This document shows positions 24,221 to 33,655 of a stretch of DNA of 64,000 bases, piece by piece. How positions within the stretch are numbered: position 1 is the stretch's first letter; the number at the start of each line of letters is the position of its first letter. The stretch comes from a virus: IMG/VR virus record IMGVR_UViG_3300027908_000025. One strand, 5' to 3'. Both the position numbers and the translations under genes were made by a program. The notes below the pieces were generated by a model. It saw nothing but the letters and a program-made list of their open reading frames with translations. It was not told the origin of the DNA and ran no database searches.

Positions 24221-25453
24221 TTACTCATCTGTCAAGTCTTTCGATTTGTCAGACGTCTCACTATCCGTATCTGTAAGCTCTTCCAACTGCTTTGCAACTC
24301 GTGCATTAAGCTCATCGTAATGAGTATCAAGTGTGTCAGCCGGATAAGTTCTACTCCGTATTACAAGCTCATTGATATATGCAATTGGCCAGGTGCGAAC
24401 CTTGTCAAAGTAAAGCTCATTAAGAGTAGCAAGTGTTTTACGAACAACATCCTCGTCCATCGCATCAACCGTTTTAATCTCATCGAACCTACCTGGACGA
24501 ATAACTGCAGGATGAAAAGTCTTCATCGAATTCGTAAGACCGATGACGAGCTTTACTTCCTTGTTTAGTCGCTCAAGCATTCTCAGGAGTTTATTGCTGT
24601 GCAAAACCTGGTCAAAATCGTCTAGAATAATGGCCTGAATACCAAGCTTCTTGATAAGGAAGAAGAAGGTATTCATATGACTGTATGTTTCGTCCTTATA
24701 GATAAGGGTCTTTAGCTTAAGGTTCGAAACAATACTCTGTGCAAGAGATGATTTACCTGTACCTGGCGGGCCTCTAAAGATAAAGGATCGGTTTACACCG
24801 AGCTTAAAACATGCATTGATGTATGCAATAAACTCGTCAAGTTGCTTCGAGGAATTAACATCTGCTGGTTCACCAACGAGCTTGATATTTTTCTTGTCCT
24901 CATTGTTTAGGAGTATGATATTGCTATTGAGATTCTCAATAGTCTTTGCGACAAGAAAGTCTATGACATCACTTTCCTTTACCTGGTTAAACCTGTAGAA
25001 GATGCCATTATTGGAGCCACCCTCGTACTCCGAAGCTCGCTCATGATGTACAATCTCACCAATTGGTGTTGTATAGACACGAGCATTGATACTTCTTTCG
25101 TACTCGAAACTAAGTGTTCGATATGGAAATGTTGCAAGTGCTGGCACAAGAAGACCGCCTACGCCACCATAATTGGTACCAACAAACAGTTTCTTCCATC
25201 CGTTTTCGAGATTGATTAGACTGTGAAAGTAGTAGCTCTTATTGAGAATAGCACCTTGCATAACGTCGAACACACCTTCGACAAGAGCTAACGGAGTGCG
25301 GTCTAGCACAAAGCTCTTTACGGCTTTGGATACTCTGAGACCAACATCAATTTTGGTGCGATGCTTGATAAGGAATTCTTGTGCGACAGAACTGCCATTC
25401 TCTAGCTTCTTCCGAGCAACGTACCAATTGAATTTACTTTGCAGGTCGTCCAT
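24221..25453 (-). CDS. AAA+ ATPase
   Basis: Walker A GPPGTGKS, Walker B IILDDFD, sensor TN, second region of homology AVIRPGRFD. Confidence 0.92.
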   Translation of the reverse strand: MDDLQSKFNWYVARKKLENGSSVAQEFLIKHRTKIDVGLRVSKAVKSFVLDRTPLALVEGVFDVMQGAILNKSYYFHSLINLENGWKKLFVGTNYGGVGGLLVPALATFPYRTLSFEYERSINARVYTTPIGEIVHHERASEYEGGSNNGIFYRFNQVKESDVIDFLVAKTIENLNSNIILLNNEDKKNIKLVGEPADVNSSKQLDEFIAYINACFKLGVNRSFIFRGPPGTGKSSLAQSIVSNLKLKTLIYKDETYSHMNTFFFLIKKLGIQAIILDDFDQVLHSNKLLRMLERLNKEVKLVIGLTNSMKTFHPAVIRPGRFDEIKTVDAMDEDVVRKTLATLNELYFDKVRTWPIAYINELVIRSRTYPADTLDTHYDELNARVAKQLEELTDTDSETSDKSKDLTDE

Positions 25454-25462
25454 TTGGTGTAC

Positions 25463-25699
25463 CTAGAACTTGTTCACCTTATCACAGTACCAGCAGTGAA
25501 TAGAGCTATGAGTTCCCCACCAATTGCTTCTCGCTATGTAATCACATACAACATAGAACCTATGACCAAGAATATAGTGGTCAATGGCATCCGCTGCATG
25601 GATGAGAAGGAGTTTAACGTGCTGCATTAGGTGGCCATATATGCATATGCAGTCCAGAACCTCTGGCTCTTGCCAAAGCTTTCTGATACAACCTCTCAT
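25463..25699 (-). CDS. Zn-binding hypothetical protein
   Basis: CICxxxH...H..CD...HCxxCD. Confidence 0.45.
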   Translation of the reverse strand: MRGCIRKLWQEPEVLDCICIYGHLMQHVKLLLIHAADAIDHYILGHRFYVVCDYIARSNWWGTHSSIHCWYCDKVNKF

Positions 25700-25877
25700 T
25701 GTCAGCTTTCTTCTTATGAGACTTGATTAATGCTAATGAGACAAGATTGATTACTGGTCTCCATGTGGGGCAAGCTGCAATGCTTACAAGGCTCATTACA
25801 GTATTGAATAGTACGAATCCATTTGCGAATAATAGAGCTGTTTTCATACGGCTATCCTAGCGCTGCGTGAACAAAAG

Positions 25878-26171
25878 TCAACACCCGGCGTAACGATATG
25901 GATGTGGCGACATCCTGGCCGGACAATCATGTACTACAGTAGTAGTTTCATGGTGGCAATCATGACATGTACGCCATCCGCGCAGAACTAATCTACCCAT
26001 GGGCGTTAGTTTAGGTGGCGCGCCTGCAATTGCTCCCTTTAGACGAAGAGTAGCCATAGTGGCTACCTTAATACCAAGCACCTGCTTACATACTTTGATG
26101 TCATTGGGAGTTTGGGCAAAGCGCCAGATTAACTCTAGCGCCTCCTTCTCTTCGTTATTAAAGCGAGGCAT
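25878..26171 (-). CDS. wHTH-like plus Zn-knuckle protein
   Basis: L..KG.I....KLT..GR wing; CHDCH..HDCP. Confidence 0.55.
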   Translation of the reverse strand: MPRFNNEEKEALELIWRFAQTPNDIKVCKQVLGIKVATMATLRLKGAIAGAPPKLTPMGRLVLRGWRTCHDCHHETTTVVHDCPARMSPHPYRYAGC

Positions 26172-26446
26172 CAGCCCTTCTTGTTCTTTGCAGCCTCGGG
26201 GCTAGCATTCTTTCGGCGAGCGGCTCGTACCTTGATTCTGATCTCTGCGAGCTGAGCACCCTTGTTCTTAATGCGCTCCTTCTTGGCATCGCTTGTAAGA
26301 ACGCCTTCCTTGTGGGCAAACCAATTCATCGCAAGAGTCTTGCGCTCACCTTCCCCACCTTCGAGCAACCCTTGTGCAAAGTGCTTCAAAGTGAGATGCT
26401 TACCAGACTTGCGCCACATAGACTTAATCGCACTACTCGTCGCCAT
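26171..26446 (-). CDS. Basic hypothetical protein
   Basis: Abutting ORF. Confidence 0.65.
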   Translation of the reverse strand: MATSSAIKSMWRKSGKHLTLKHFAQGLLEGGEGERKTLAMNWFAHKEGVLTSDAKKERIKNKGAQLAEIRIKVRAARRKNASPEAAKNKKG

Positions 26447-26816
26447 TATCTTTGACCTTTCTAGTGAGAACCGAATCCTGAATCTTCTGCTTGAAATCGT
26501 TTAGTTCTACTTGCGCCTCTCGGTCCGCTTTCTTCTTATCCTGCTCCTCAATCTTTTTCATCGCAGCAGGGATTCTTTTGCGGAATGCTTCGATATCTTT
26601 AGCGCGCAAGTCCTCATCGACATTGGTAAGGACGTATGTCCTTTCGTAATTGTACAAGTCCTCTTCTGCCTGGCGAAGCTCCTCTTTGACAGAGACGATA
26701 GAGTCTTCTGTCTTATTGAGATCTCTTTGGATGAATGCTCGCCGCTGCTGGTTACCACGAAGAGTATCCTTTAGTGCGACAACTCGCCCTTGTAGCTCTT
26801 CGAGTTTAGTAGTCAT
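26433..26816 (-). CDS. Coiled-coil protein
   Basis: Heptad pattern. Confidence 0.65.
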   Translation of the reverse strand: MTTKLEELQGRVVALKDTLRGNQQRRAFIQRDLNKTEDSIVSVKEELRQAEEDLYNYERTYVLTNVDEDLRAKDIEAFRKRIPAAMKKIEEQDKKKADREAQVELNDFKQKIQDSVLTRKVKDNGDE

Positions 26817-27140
26817 TTATCGTCCGTCGATCAGTTTACGAGCGTCAAGGTAGCCGTGTGCGTAAACTCTTGCTTGATCAAAACAGATACTGTTAAACCA
26901 GCTTGTGCACCTAATCTCATACCTAGCATTGTTACTATCCAGTAAGTAGTAGAAATTAACGAGCGAACTTTCATTCCAGCGCCTCGTTGCCCAAGCACTC
27001 ATTGCTGCACAAAGAGGAGCCGCTGTGTAAGCACTATCAATGAACAGAAAAACCTGCTCATTTGCTTTGTCGCCCCACTTATGATCAGTTTGTTCCATGT
27101 GTACCGACGAATACAAGCTTATGATTACGTGCTTGCGCAA
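26817..27140 (-). CDS. Hypothetical protein
   Basis: Abutting ORF. Confidence 0.55.
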   Translation of the reverse strand: MRKHVIISLYSSVHMEQTDHKWGDKANEQVFLFIDSAYTAAPLCAAMSAWATRRWNESSLVNFYYLLDSNNARYEIRCTSWFNSICFDQARVYAHGYLDARKLIDGR

Positions 27141-27292
27141 TCTGCACTAGGAGGCTTTTAATCTCCTCTACAGACTTGCCGTTGTGATACCATTTGCGCA
27201 CCAGAGTTTTCACTTCCTCGGGAGGCATCTCTACCGAGGGGGAAACCTTGCTGCACCATTCAATAGAGGGCCAATCGGTCTTCACATTCTTT

Positions 27293-27320
27293 ACTATAGG
27301 GTCGCGCGAATCGTTGTCAA
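27293..27320 (-). promoter_or_regulatory. sigma70-type promoter
   Basis: TTGACA-N16-TATAGT. Confidence 0.65.
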
Positions 27321-27464
27321 GGGGTCTCTCGCAGTAGAAACAGGGCTCGCTTTTCCAAGGATAAAACGAGCCGGAAACCCTTGCGGTGGACTAGGCTTAC
27401 AGGCAACTACTACCCGCGGCGGTCCCGCTCCACTGACTTATCACCTTTGGAAAGTCAGAAAGTC

Positions 27465-27659
27465 TTAGTGTTTGAACAGGCGAGATCCAACCATAACGAC
27501 AAGTCCTACAGCCATAACAATATTGCCAGTGGTATAGTTATTGTCCTCGCCAACGCGCACCATAAAGTAAAGCGCAAGACCGAGCATCGTTGTGATAAAT
27601 CCAAGCCACCCAACTGTACTGCGGACTGAGATGTGCTCTTTCGTCTTCTTATCTTTCAC
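27465..27659 (-). CDS. Small 2-TM protein
   Basis: Hydrophobic segments; last gene of the envelope operon. Confidence 0.6.
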   Translation of the reverse strand: MKDKKTKEHISVRSTVGWLGFITTMLGLALYFMVRVGEDNNYTTGNIVMAVGLVVMVGSRLFKH

Positions 27660-28204
27660 GGAGATCCTCCATCGTTATTGGCAACCGCGCCGGGCAAAAG
27701 AGGATTGATGCCATCAGTGATGTCGTACAAACAACACCAGAAACTTCCGCACACGGTGTTAGCACAAGGCTTATTAGGCTCTTGTGGATTATTAATCTCC
27801 ACACAGTACAGTTGGTTCATATAGTTGCATGCAGAAGGAAACTGTTCTCCTCCAGAAGCATACCCTGTCCACCATGCTGGTCCAAAGTAGTAATCACATG
27901 CTTGTGTTACGGGATAGATGCCACCATCCTCACGCAATGATGTGAATGGAATGCATGCAGCACCGCAGATATTAGCGATACCATTGTCGCCACACTCGGC
28001 ATAGCTCGGACAGCTACCACAATTTGCGGTCGCACCAGTGGTTTTATCCACGATATTACCGCAGAAATCGCTTCCACAAACGAGTTCTTGTGCGACGCTA
28101 GCATCAACATCGGATGACGCATCAACTGACCATGTAGCATCTGGCCCACCATTAGCGCAACCACATGCAAAAATGGTTGCGCAAACAGCGATGATGTGTT
28201 TCAT
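27656..28204 (-). CDS. Cys-rich lipoprotein (myxobacterial style)
   Basis: Lipobox FACGC; DAS/DGG motifs; CG...CG.......CG.C...EC repeat. Confidence 0.75.
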   Translation of the reverse strand: MKHIIAVCATIFACGCANGGPDATWSVDASSDVDASVAQELVCGSDFCGNIVDKTTGATANCGSCPSYAECGDNGIANICGAACIPFTSLREDGGIYPVTQACDYYFGPAWWTGYASGGEQFPSACNYMNQLYCVEINNPQEPNKPCANTVCGSFWCCLYDITDGINPLLPGAVANNDGGSP

Positions 28205-28223
28205 TATGATCCTTGCTTGTCTT

Positions 28224-28832
28224 TTATAGGGACTTGCTAACGTGGCCGTTAACGTCCATACAAATACTGATTGTAGTACCGATATTACCGTTAAGACTTT
28301 CTAGCATTGAAAGAGTGCTTGCGTTAACGGTAGCAGAACCCAACGTAATAGTAAGCTCTACTGGCCCTGCCTTAAAGTATTGGAAGATGGTATCATTGCT
28401 TGCAACCAACGTAGGAGTCAGCGGAGCACTGCCACTAACATTGGACGCAGTATAGGTAGCAATTACTACGCTTGGACCGGCATCACCATCATTGATAGAT
28501 ACAGATAGGTTCTGTACCCAATCAAATTGTCCATTGGGGTTAGATAGTACTAGCTGATTGACAGCAATTTGCACACTGTCTGCGATATCTGACACCTTAT
28601 TAAGTGTGGTAGAAAAGTCTACGCTTGTAGTAGTTGTAGAAAGTGATGGGATCGTAGCGCTATAATCGGATGGCGCATTGGGCGGGACGCTTGGCAGAGT
28701 AGGAAGATCGAATACAACGTTCTTCGAATCGCAAACAGAAGGCTCATCTGCTGTCGCAGATACGCATCCTGCCATGATAATTGCAGCGAAGATACCACCA
28801 AGTGTCGAGATCACTGTCTTTGTCTTATTCAT
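28224..28832 (-). CDS. Beta-rich lipoprotein
   Basis: Start MNKTK with AAGGA RBS; lipobox IMAGC. Confidence 0.75.
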   Translation of the reverse strand: MNKTKTVISTLGGIFAAIIMAGCVSATADEPSVCDSKNVVFDLPTLPSVPPNAPSDYSATIPSLSTTTTSVDFSTTLNKVSDIADSVQIAVNQLVLSNPNGQFDWVQNLSVSINDGDAGPSVVIATYTASNVSGSAPLTPTLVASNDTIFQYFKAGPVELTITLGSATVNASTLSMLESLNGNIGTTISICMDVNGHVSKSL

Positions 28833-28846
28833 TGTCGGTTTCCTTC

Positions 28847-29506
28847 TTAGGGCCACACTACTGAAAATCCCGTAACGAAAGTGGGAACCATCCAACCATT
28901 AACAGTAGGATTGTTCACAGTCAACCCATTGAGATTACTGTTTCCTGACTGACTGATAACAGATTGAAAGCCATCCGTATTAACGTGCATATAAGTCGGA
29001 CCCAACTCAATCACCCAATTAAACCCATTGGGCCTACCAAGTCGCAGGCCGAGGTATGCATTGAAATAATCATACCCTACGGCCGGGAGATTGCTTGCAG
29101 GCAATCCCTCACGAGCGGCGAAACCTCCCTGAAAATCAGCAAAGAGTCCAATCGCAAGTCTTGGCATAAGAGCAAAGGGATCAAGCTTAACCGATAGACG
29201 CCCACCAGGAGCCACATAAGTCTCCGTAAACGATGCTTGCAGGCTTACCCAATCCACCATTGGATGGACGACAAGCCCAATCGCGAGGCCGCTAGGCACT
29301 CCCAGGTCTGCACCAAAGCCAAGACGTAAGACGTGCCTAGGGGCGGGTGGCAGGGGCGCAGGTGCATTCTGCGTAGGAGTTGCAGCTGGCGGAGGATGGA
29401 ACGGATCATCGTCCGTAAGAGCGTTCGTAGTTGGATCGGCTGCGCTTGCATTGACAGTCGCAATCATCGCAGTCGTCAGTAGAACCCCGAAAAGAATCTT
29501 TCTCAT
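28847..29506 (-). CDS. Predicted outer-membrane beta-barrel protein
   Basis: Signal peptide MRKIL...ASA; Pro-rich linker; amphipathic strands; aromatic C-terminal strand FVTGFSVVWP. Confidence 0.65.
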   Translation of the reverse strand: MRKILFGVLLTTAMIATVNASAADPTTNALTDDDPFHPPPAATPTQNAPAPLPPAPRHVLRLGFGADLGVPSGLAIGLVVHPMVDWVSLQASFTETYVAPGGRLSVKLDPFALMPRLAIGLFADFQGGFAAREGLPASNLPAVGYDYFNAYLGLRLGRPNGFNWVIELGPTYMHVNTDGFQSVISQSGNSNLNGLTVNNPTVNGWMVPTFVTGFSVVWP

Positions 29507-29519
29507 GTCTTCCTCGTTG

Positions 29520-30092
29520 TTAGAGACAGCACGTCTTGATGCAGCTATCATAGCCGCACTTACATCTATCGACGCAAGAGTCATCGCACATGCCGCAGTC
29601 GCTCTTGCAAGACTTGAATTTAATCTCGCACCGCTGCGTACATCCAGCATCGGACTCGACACCGGTATCGGTAGTGCTACTGTCAACAGCGTTACTGTCA
29701 ACAGCGCTACTGTCAATAACATCACCGTCGATCATACCACCATCGGCTGGATTGATGCCTTGAGCGACAGGATTAGTGCAGACTACGCCCCAGATATTAG
29801 CATCTGTCTCTAGACACTCAAATGGTAGCTCACAGCAAAGTCCCGATGGACCACAAGCTGGCGCATTGATAGGACATTGGCTACCACTATCGGCGACTGC
29901 AGCATCGATACTGCTACCAGAACCACTATCAGCAAAACCACTGCCACTGTCCGCAGCGTTTTCACCACCAGTCCCACTATCATTCATAGTAGAACTATCT
30001 GAGCTACTGTCAGCAGATTCTGACGTGACGTACCCAGAGGTACCACAACCAATGAGAAGCGGGAGGATGAAAAGAGTCGTTAGAGTCTTCAT
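29520..30092 (-). CDS. Lipoprotein with DSG/DAG linker and Cys-rich domains; C-terminus paralogous to 659-1189
   Basis: Lipobox LIGC; C-x3-C-x6-C-x3-C...C-x3-C-x-C-x4-C-x3-C tail. Confidence 0.8.
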   Translation of the reverse strand: MKTLTTLFILPLLIGCGTSGYVTSESADSSSDSSTMNDSGTGGENAADSGSGFADSGSGSSIDAAVADSGSQCPINAPACGPSGLCCELPFECLETDANIWGVVCTNPVAQGINPADGGMIDGDVIDSSAVDSNAVDSSTTDTGVESDAGCTQRCEIKFKSCKSDCGMCDDSCVDRCKCGYDSCIKTCCL

Positions 30093-30102
30093 GATAGTCC
30101 TT

Positions 30103-30159
30103 GTGGGTGGGAGGTTGGGTCGAATCCTTTCGCAGGTATTTGCACAACCTCCCACCCAC
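30103..30159. repeat. Perfect 15-bp inverted repeat (27-nt loop) abutting the RBS of the envelope operon
   Basis: GTGGGTGGGAGGTTG (30103-30117) / CAACCTCCCACCCAC (30145-30159). Confidence 0.85.
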
Positions 30160-30238
30160 GCTTCTTTTGCTTGTGAGTCGGTTGCCTTTACAGCTTCCCG
30201 CTCAAAGATTTTGGGAACCTCGTTGGTTCGACCTGTCT

Positions 30239-30267
30239 AGTATAGCAGCGGCAGAGCAGTTCGTCAA
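30239..30267 (-). promoter_or_regulatory. sigma70-type promoter for the envelope operon
   Basis: TTGACG-N17-TATACT. Confidence 0.8.
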
Positions 30268-30618
30268 GTGGAAGTGGCAAATAAGTTTAGCGATCGGCAG
30301 GCTCCGCAGTCAGCATGATATCTCCTACAGAAGTACTCGTAAAGGTTTGACATCATACCAAGCATCTCTTTTTCTCGAAAGTACCTACCAGGACTATAGT
30401 AACGCTGGTATATGGCATCATGAATAAATGAATCACACACTTTCTGTAATTCGTAATGGTGCTGAACTGTGGGTGATGGACCAGCGACAATACACATCTC
30501 TACTATACCCTGATAGTGCTATACAGCTGTCGATCGCGTCCTCGTGCGGACCGAGATAGAATCAATGGATCGAGGTCATGACAAAGTTTTCTAACGTTGG
30601 GATTATAGCTTAGATCAA

Positions 30619-30867
30619 TCACGATGTAGTCTTTCGAAGTCTCTGTAATTCAGCTGGCCACATTCTATGCACGGGCCATATCCAGAAACACATCATCATA
30701 GAATGATAACCAACACTATTTCTTAGGCGAGAATAATACTTCCAATCTGGTTGTCGATATACGATATCAATCATCCTTATACGTTCAGAATAAACGTAGT
30801 AGTTTCGAACCAGAAAGCTAATAGGAAGGACACAAAGTATCAGAGGAATTAAAGTTGCAGCAATCAT
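30619..30867 (-). CDS. Single-TM protein
   Basis: N-terminal TM; ATGA overlap. Confidence 0.55.
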   Translation of the reverse strand: MIAATLIPLILCVLPISFLVRNYYVYSERIRMIDIVYRQPDWKYYSRLRNSVGYHSMMMCFWIWPVHRMWPAELQRLRKTTS

Positions 30868-31145
30868 GCGGCTTTCTTCTCTTCTTCTGCCTTCTTCTCA
30901 GCCTTCAATGCACCTTCGGCTTCGAGGCGAGCTTTAATCTCATTAGCAGCCTCTTCACTAATAAGCATTTCACTAAGGTACTGGTAGTCCTGACTAAATC
31001 CGTTCCAACGTACTAGGTACAAGATTGGATCGCCAGGGCCGTATGGATGCAAAACCTGGGAGATAAAGCCCCGGAATTTTGGGTTCTCAGCAAGAGCAAC
31101 TTTCTCTGTAGCACTCCAGTTAATAATCTTCTTCGTATCAGACAT
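30864..31145 (-). CDS. SH3-like hypothetical protein
   Basis: GFISQV...YLVRW.G. Confidence 0.65.
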   Translation of the reverse strand: MSDTKKIINWSATEKVALAENPKFRGFISQVLHPYGPGDPILYLVRWNGFSQDYQYLSEMLISEEAANEIKARLEAEGALKAEKKAEEEKKAA

Positions 31146-31154
31146 GTATACCTT

Positions 31155-31532
31155 TCACTTTTCTTTACTTGCCCACTCGATAATATCCTTCAGTGTATTC
31201 AATGAAACAGAAATACCACCAGACTTACCTTGATTGAGGTAAAGCGCCAATTCGTGATCCTCCGCCTTGGAAAAAGTCGATGGAATCACTCGCGCCTTTA
31301 CTACATCATAATCACGACCCTTGGAAAAGGCAACCGTATCTCCAACCTCTCGCTTGATAGGCTCGTTTACGGTCTTCGCCATAGCATCAATGAGGCTCGT
31401 AGCCTCAACGGCGGGCGGATCATTTCGATCATCCGGCATAGCCGAAGAGGTTTCCGAAGGCTTGACGGTGTAAGCATCCTGCGCGCTCTGACTCATTGGT
31501 TTCTTACCCTTTCTTACAGCTCTTTGATGCAC
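31155..31532 (-). CDS. Hypothetical protein
   Basis: ORF in array. Confidence 0.6.
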   Translation of the reverse strand: MHQRAVRKGKKPMSQSAQDAYTVKPSETSSAMPDDRNDPPAVEATSLIDAMAKTVNEPIKREVGDTVAFSKGRDYDVVKARVIPSTFSKAEDHELALYLNQGKSGGISVSLNTLKDIIEWASKEK

Positions 31533-31695
31533 GAAATGTCTACGGTGAACTGCATCTCATCACAGAACTTTAGAACAAAGGTTCTGGTGTTTATAACAGC
31601 AATGACATCGGCTGGCTCGTTCACATATTTCTGAGTGAGAGCAAGAGCTGGCCGCGGATTGCTAATGACCTCTACAATATCACCTTTAGATATCA

Positions 31696-31926
31696 TCACT
31701 TACTTGAGATTACAGTGTCTACAGTATCCTGCTTAATGAACACATACTTATCAGATCCATATATGACACACGCAATCTTCAGTGTCAGCATTGGCTCTGG
31801 ATTAGTGTATCCCATCTTTTGGGCAGTAAGACGTACAAGAGTATGTACTAGAATTGGCTTTCTGTTATATCCCACATGGTGGTCTAAAAACACTCTTGCA
31901 ATTGCCTTATGAATTAAATCGTCCAC
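31696..31926 (-). CDS. Small hypothetical protein (possible wHTH)
   Basis: First gene after promoter 31935-31963. Confidence 0.55.
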   Translation of the reverse strand: MDDLIHKAIARVFLDHHVGYNRKPILVHTLVRLTAQKMGYTNPEPMLTLKIACVIYGSDKYVFIKQDTVDTVISSK

Positions 31927-31934
31927 GGCATTTG

Positions 31935-31963
31935 AACCTAATGGCTTTCTAGCCGAGCGTCAA
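31935..31963 (-). promoter_or_regulatory. sigma70-type promoter
   Basis: TTGACG-N17-TAGGTT. Confidence 0.65.
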
Positions 31964-31972
31964 GGGCCAGCA

Positions 31973-32215
31973 TCAAAGTTTTCGCAGCACCCAATGAACG
32001 GTCCGATCTCCACTATACCTCAACGTAATAGTTGCATCACCAATGATTCCAAACCTATCATAGTAATTCGAATACTCAGTGAATCCATAAGCTTGTAATA
32101 CGGTTTTGACAACTAAGAGACGGTCAGAACTTTGGCTATCAAGCTCAACTATCTTACCAGTTGGTAGTTCAGAACACTGGCCTTCACTCACTTCGTAGAT
32201 TTGATATCTATGCAT
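31973..32215 (-). CDS. Hypothetical protein
   Basis: TAATG overlap. Confidence 0.6.
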   Translation of the reverse strand: MHRYQIYEVSEGQCSELPTGKIVELDSQSSDRLLVVKTVLQAYGFTEYSNYYDRFGIIGDATITLRYSGDRTVHWVLRKL

Positions 32216-32865
32216 TAGTGTACGTTTGTCCTAAACAAGGTGATATCTTCGGTTTTATTTGGGCTCGGTGGCTCATCTACGTGGATAGCTTCTGCTGCAG
32301 GCGTAGAATCAGACTCGCTTGTACTATAGTCCACAAGAACATATTCGCCACTACCGTTGCGTATGTACGTTGCTAATGACATTGTAACACCTGGGTGACT
32401 TGCGTGGATAAGATTAGCTCTCGCTGCACCAAGATCTGCATTAATTGTTCGCCACTTATTAGACTCAAGCTTGTCAGATGCGTCTGCATAAAGCTCGAAC
32501 CATCTATGAGACTTGATGTTATCCTCTGGACCATCGATAATGTGTTCGAGGAGTAATAGCTTTCTTTCGGTGCCAGCATCTTTGCTTGCAGCAGGTGTAT
32601 CAACGATAGGTTTCGTATCCACTACAACTGCAATTGGTTCCGGAGAATCGCTGTTATGTTCGAAAGTTCTATGGACAATGATAGTTGTTCCTGCAATGGC
32701 TCCGATGATTAAAGCAGCACCACAGACCAAGACAATTGCACGACCAATATAAGCTATAGTTGTGTACTTAGAAAGCTCATCGAATGATACAGCTAATGCA
32801 AATACCGCTCCGCACGCAGCAGCTAATATAACGATTGCAACAAGTACTGATAGTATCCACGCCAT
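32215..32865 (-). CDS. Membrane-anchored protein (2 TM plus soluble domain)
   Basis: GGAG RBS; two N-terminal TMs. Confidence 0.7.
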   Translation of the reverse strand: MAWILSVLVAIVILAAACGAVFALAVSFDELSKYTTIAYIGRAIVLVCGAALIIGAIAGTTIIVHRTFEHNSDSPEPIAVVVDTKPIVDTPAASKDAGTERKLLLLEHIIDGPEDNIKSHRWFELYADASDKLESNKWRTINADLGAARANLIHASHPGVTMSLATYIRNGSGEYVLVDYSTSESDSTPAAEAIHVDEPPSPNKTEDITLFRTNVH

Positions 32866-32886
32866 TTTATTTCTCCCCGAAGCTCT

Positions 32887-33111
32887 TTACGTACAGCCGA
32901 AAAACCTAGAATACATCCAGTAGAAACCAACGCACAGTGTAATTAAGACTAGCGCAAGGTACATCATAAGGATGCCTAATAGGAGCAAAGACCAATCTCT
33001 GCCCGTATGGTTTCTCAAAGCCACGATACCGTAATGTATTGCGGCCGGGATACCAAACACCACTGCGGCAGCCAGTATATAGCAGATAGATACTGATACT
33101 AAAAGAGACAC
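32887..33111 (-). CDS. 2-TM membrane protein
   Basis: Hydrophobic segments. Confidence 0.55.
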   Translation of the reverse strand: MSLLVSVSICYILAAAVVFGIPAAIHYGIVALRNHTGRDWSLLLLGILMMYLALVLITLCVGFYWMYSRFFGCT

Positions 33112-33639
33112 TTATCCCTTCCTATCTACTCCAGCTTTACGCAGCGGGCCACGCTTGAAACCATTATAACAGTCCCAATCGATTTGGTCATCACTTTCAA
33201 TGTGGTCAGGTTCGAATAGGCTACGCTGCGTTCTCCTTGGACGACTATCACCAGGCAGGCGACTATTGTAGTTGTCCCAATCGATATCACATCTCTTACC
33301 GTTATCGGCGCCAAGAGTACCAGCTTGCTCGGCCTTCTTAATCTTGTCTGCTACCTCAATCGCTTTGGCTTTGAAAGCTGCGGCATCTGGGATAGCTTGC
33401 GTCGCTGCACCAATCTTCTCTACCTCTTGATGATGGTACGAGTAGACCTTTCCATCAAATTCTACCCATACATGATCCTTAATAGTATGTGTGCAGGTCT
33501 TCTTATCACACTTCTGGCCACCGCCAATTGTTGCGAGGTAGCACGCGACATACTTTACCTTACCATCGGTCTTGGCGCTAACACCAGCAGCAATACCTTT
33601 GGCACTGACCTTTACTTTATCACCCTTACAGAAAGCCAT
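33112..33639 (-). CDS. SH3-like N-terminal domain protein
   Basis: FCKGDKVKV...WVEFDGKVYSY; repeated IDWD.YN. Confidence 0.7.
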   Translation of the reverse strand: MAFCKGDKVKVSAKGIAAGVSAKTDGKVKYVACYLATIGGGQKCDKKTCTHTIKDHVWVEFDGKVYSYHHQEVEKIGAATQAIPDAAAFKAKAIEVADKIKKAEQAGTLGADNGKRCDIDWDNYNSRLPGDSRPRRTQRSLFEPDHIESDDQIDWDCYNGFKRGPLRKAGVDRKG

Positions 33640-33655
33640 TACTACTTACCTTTCC

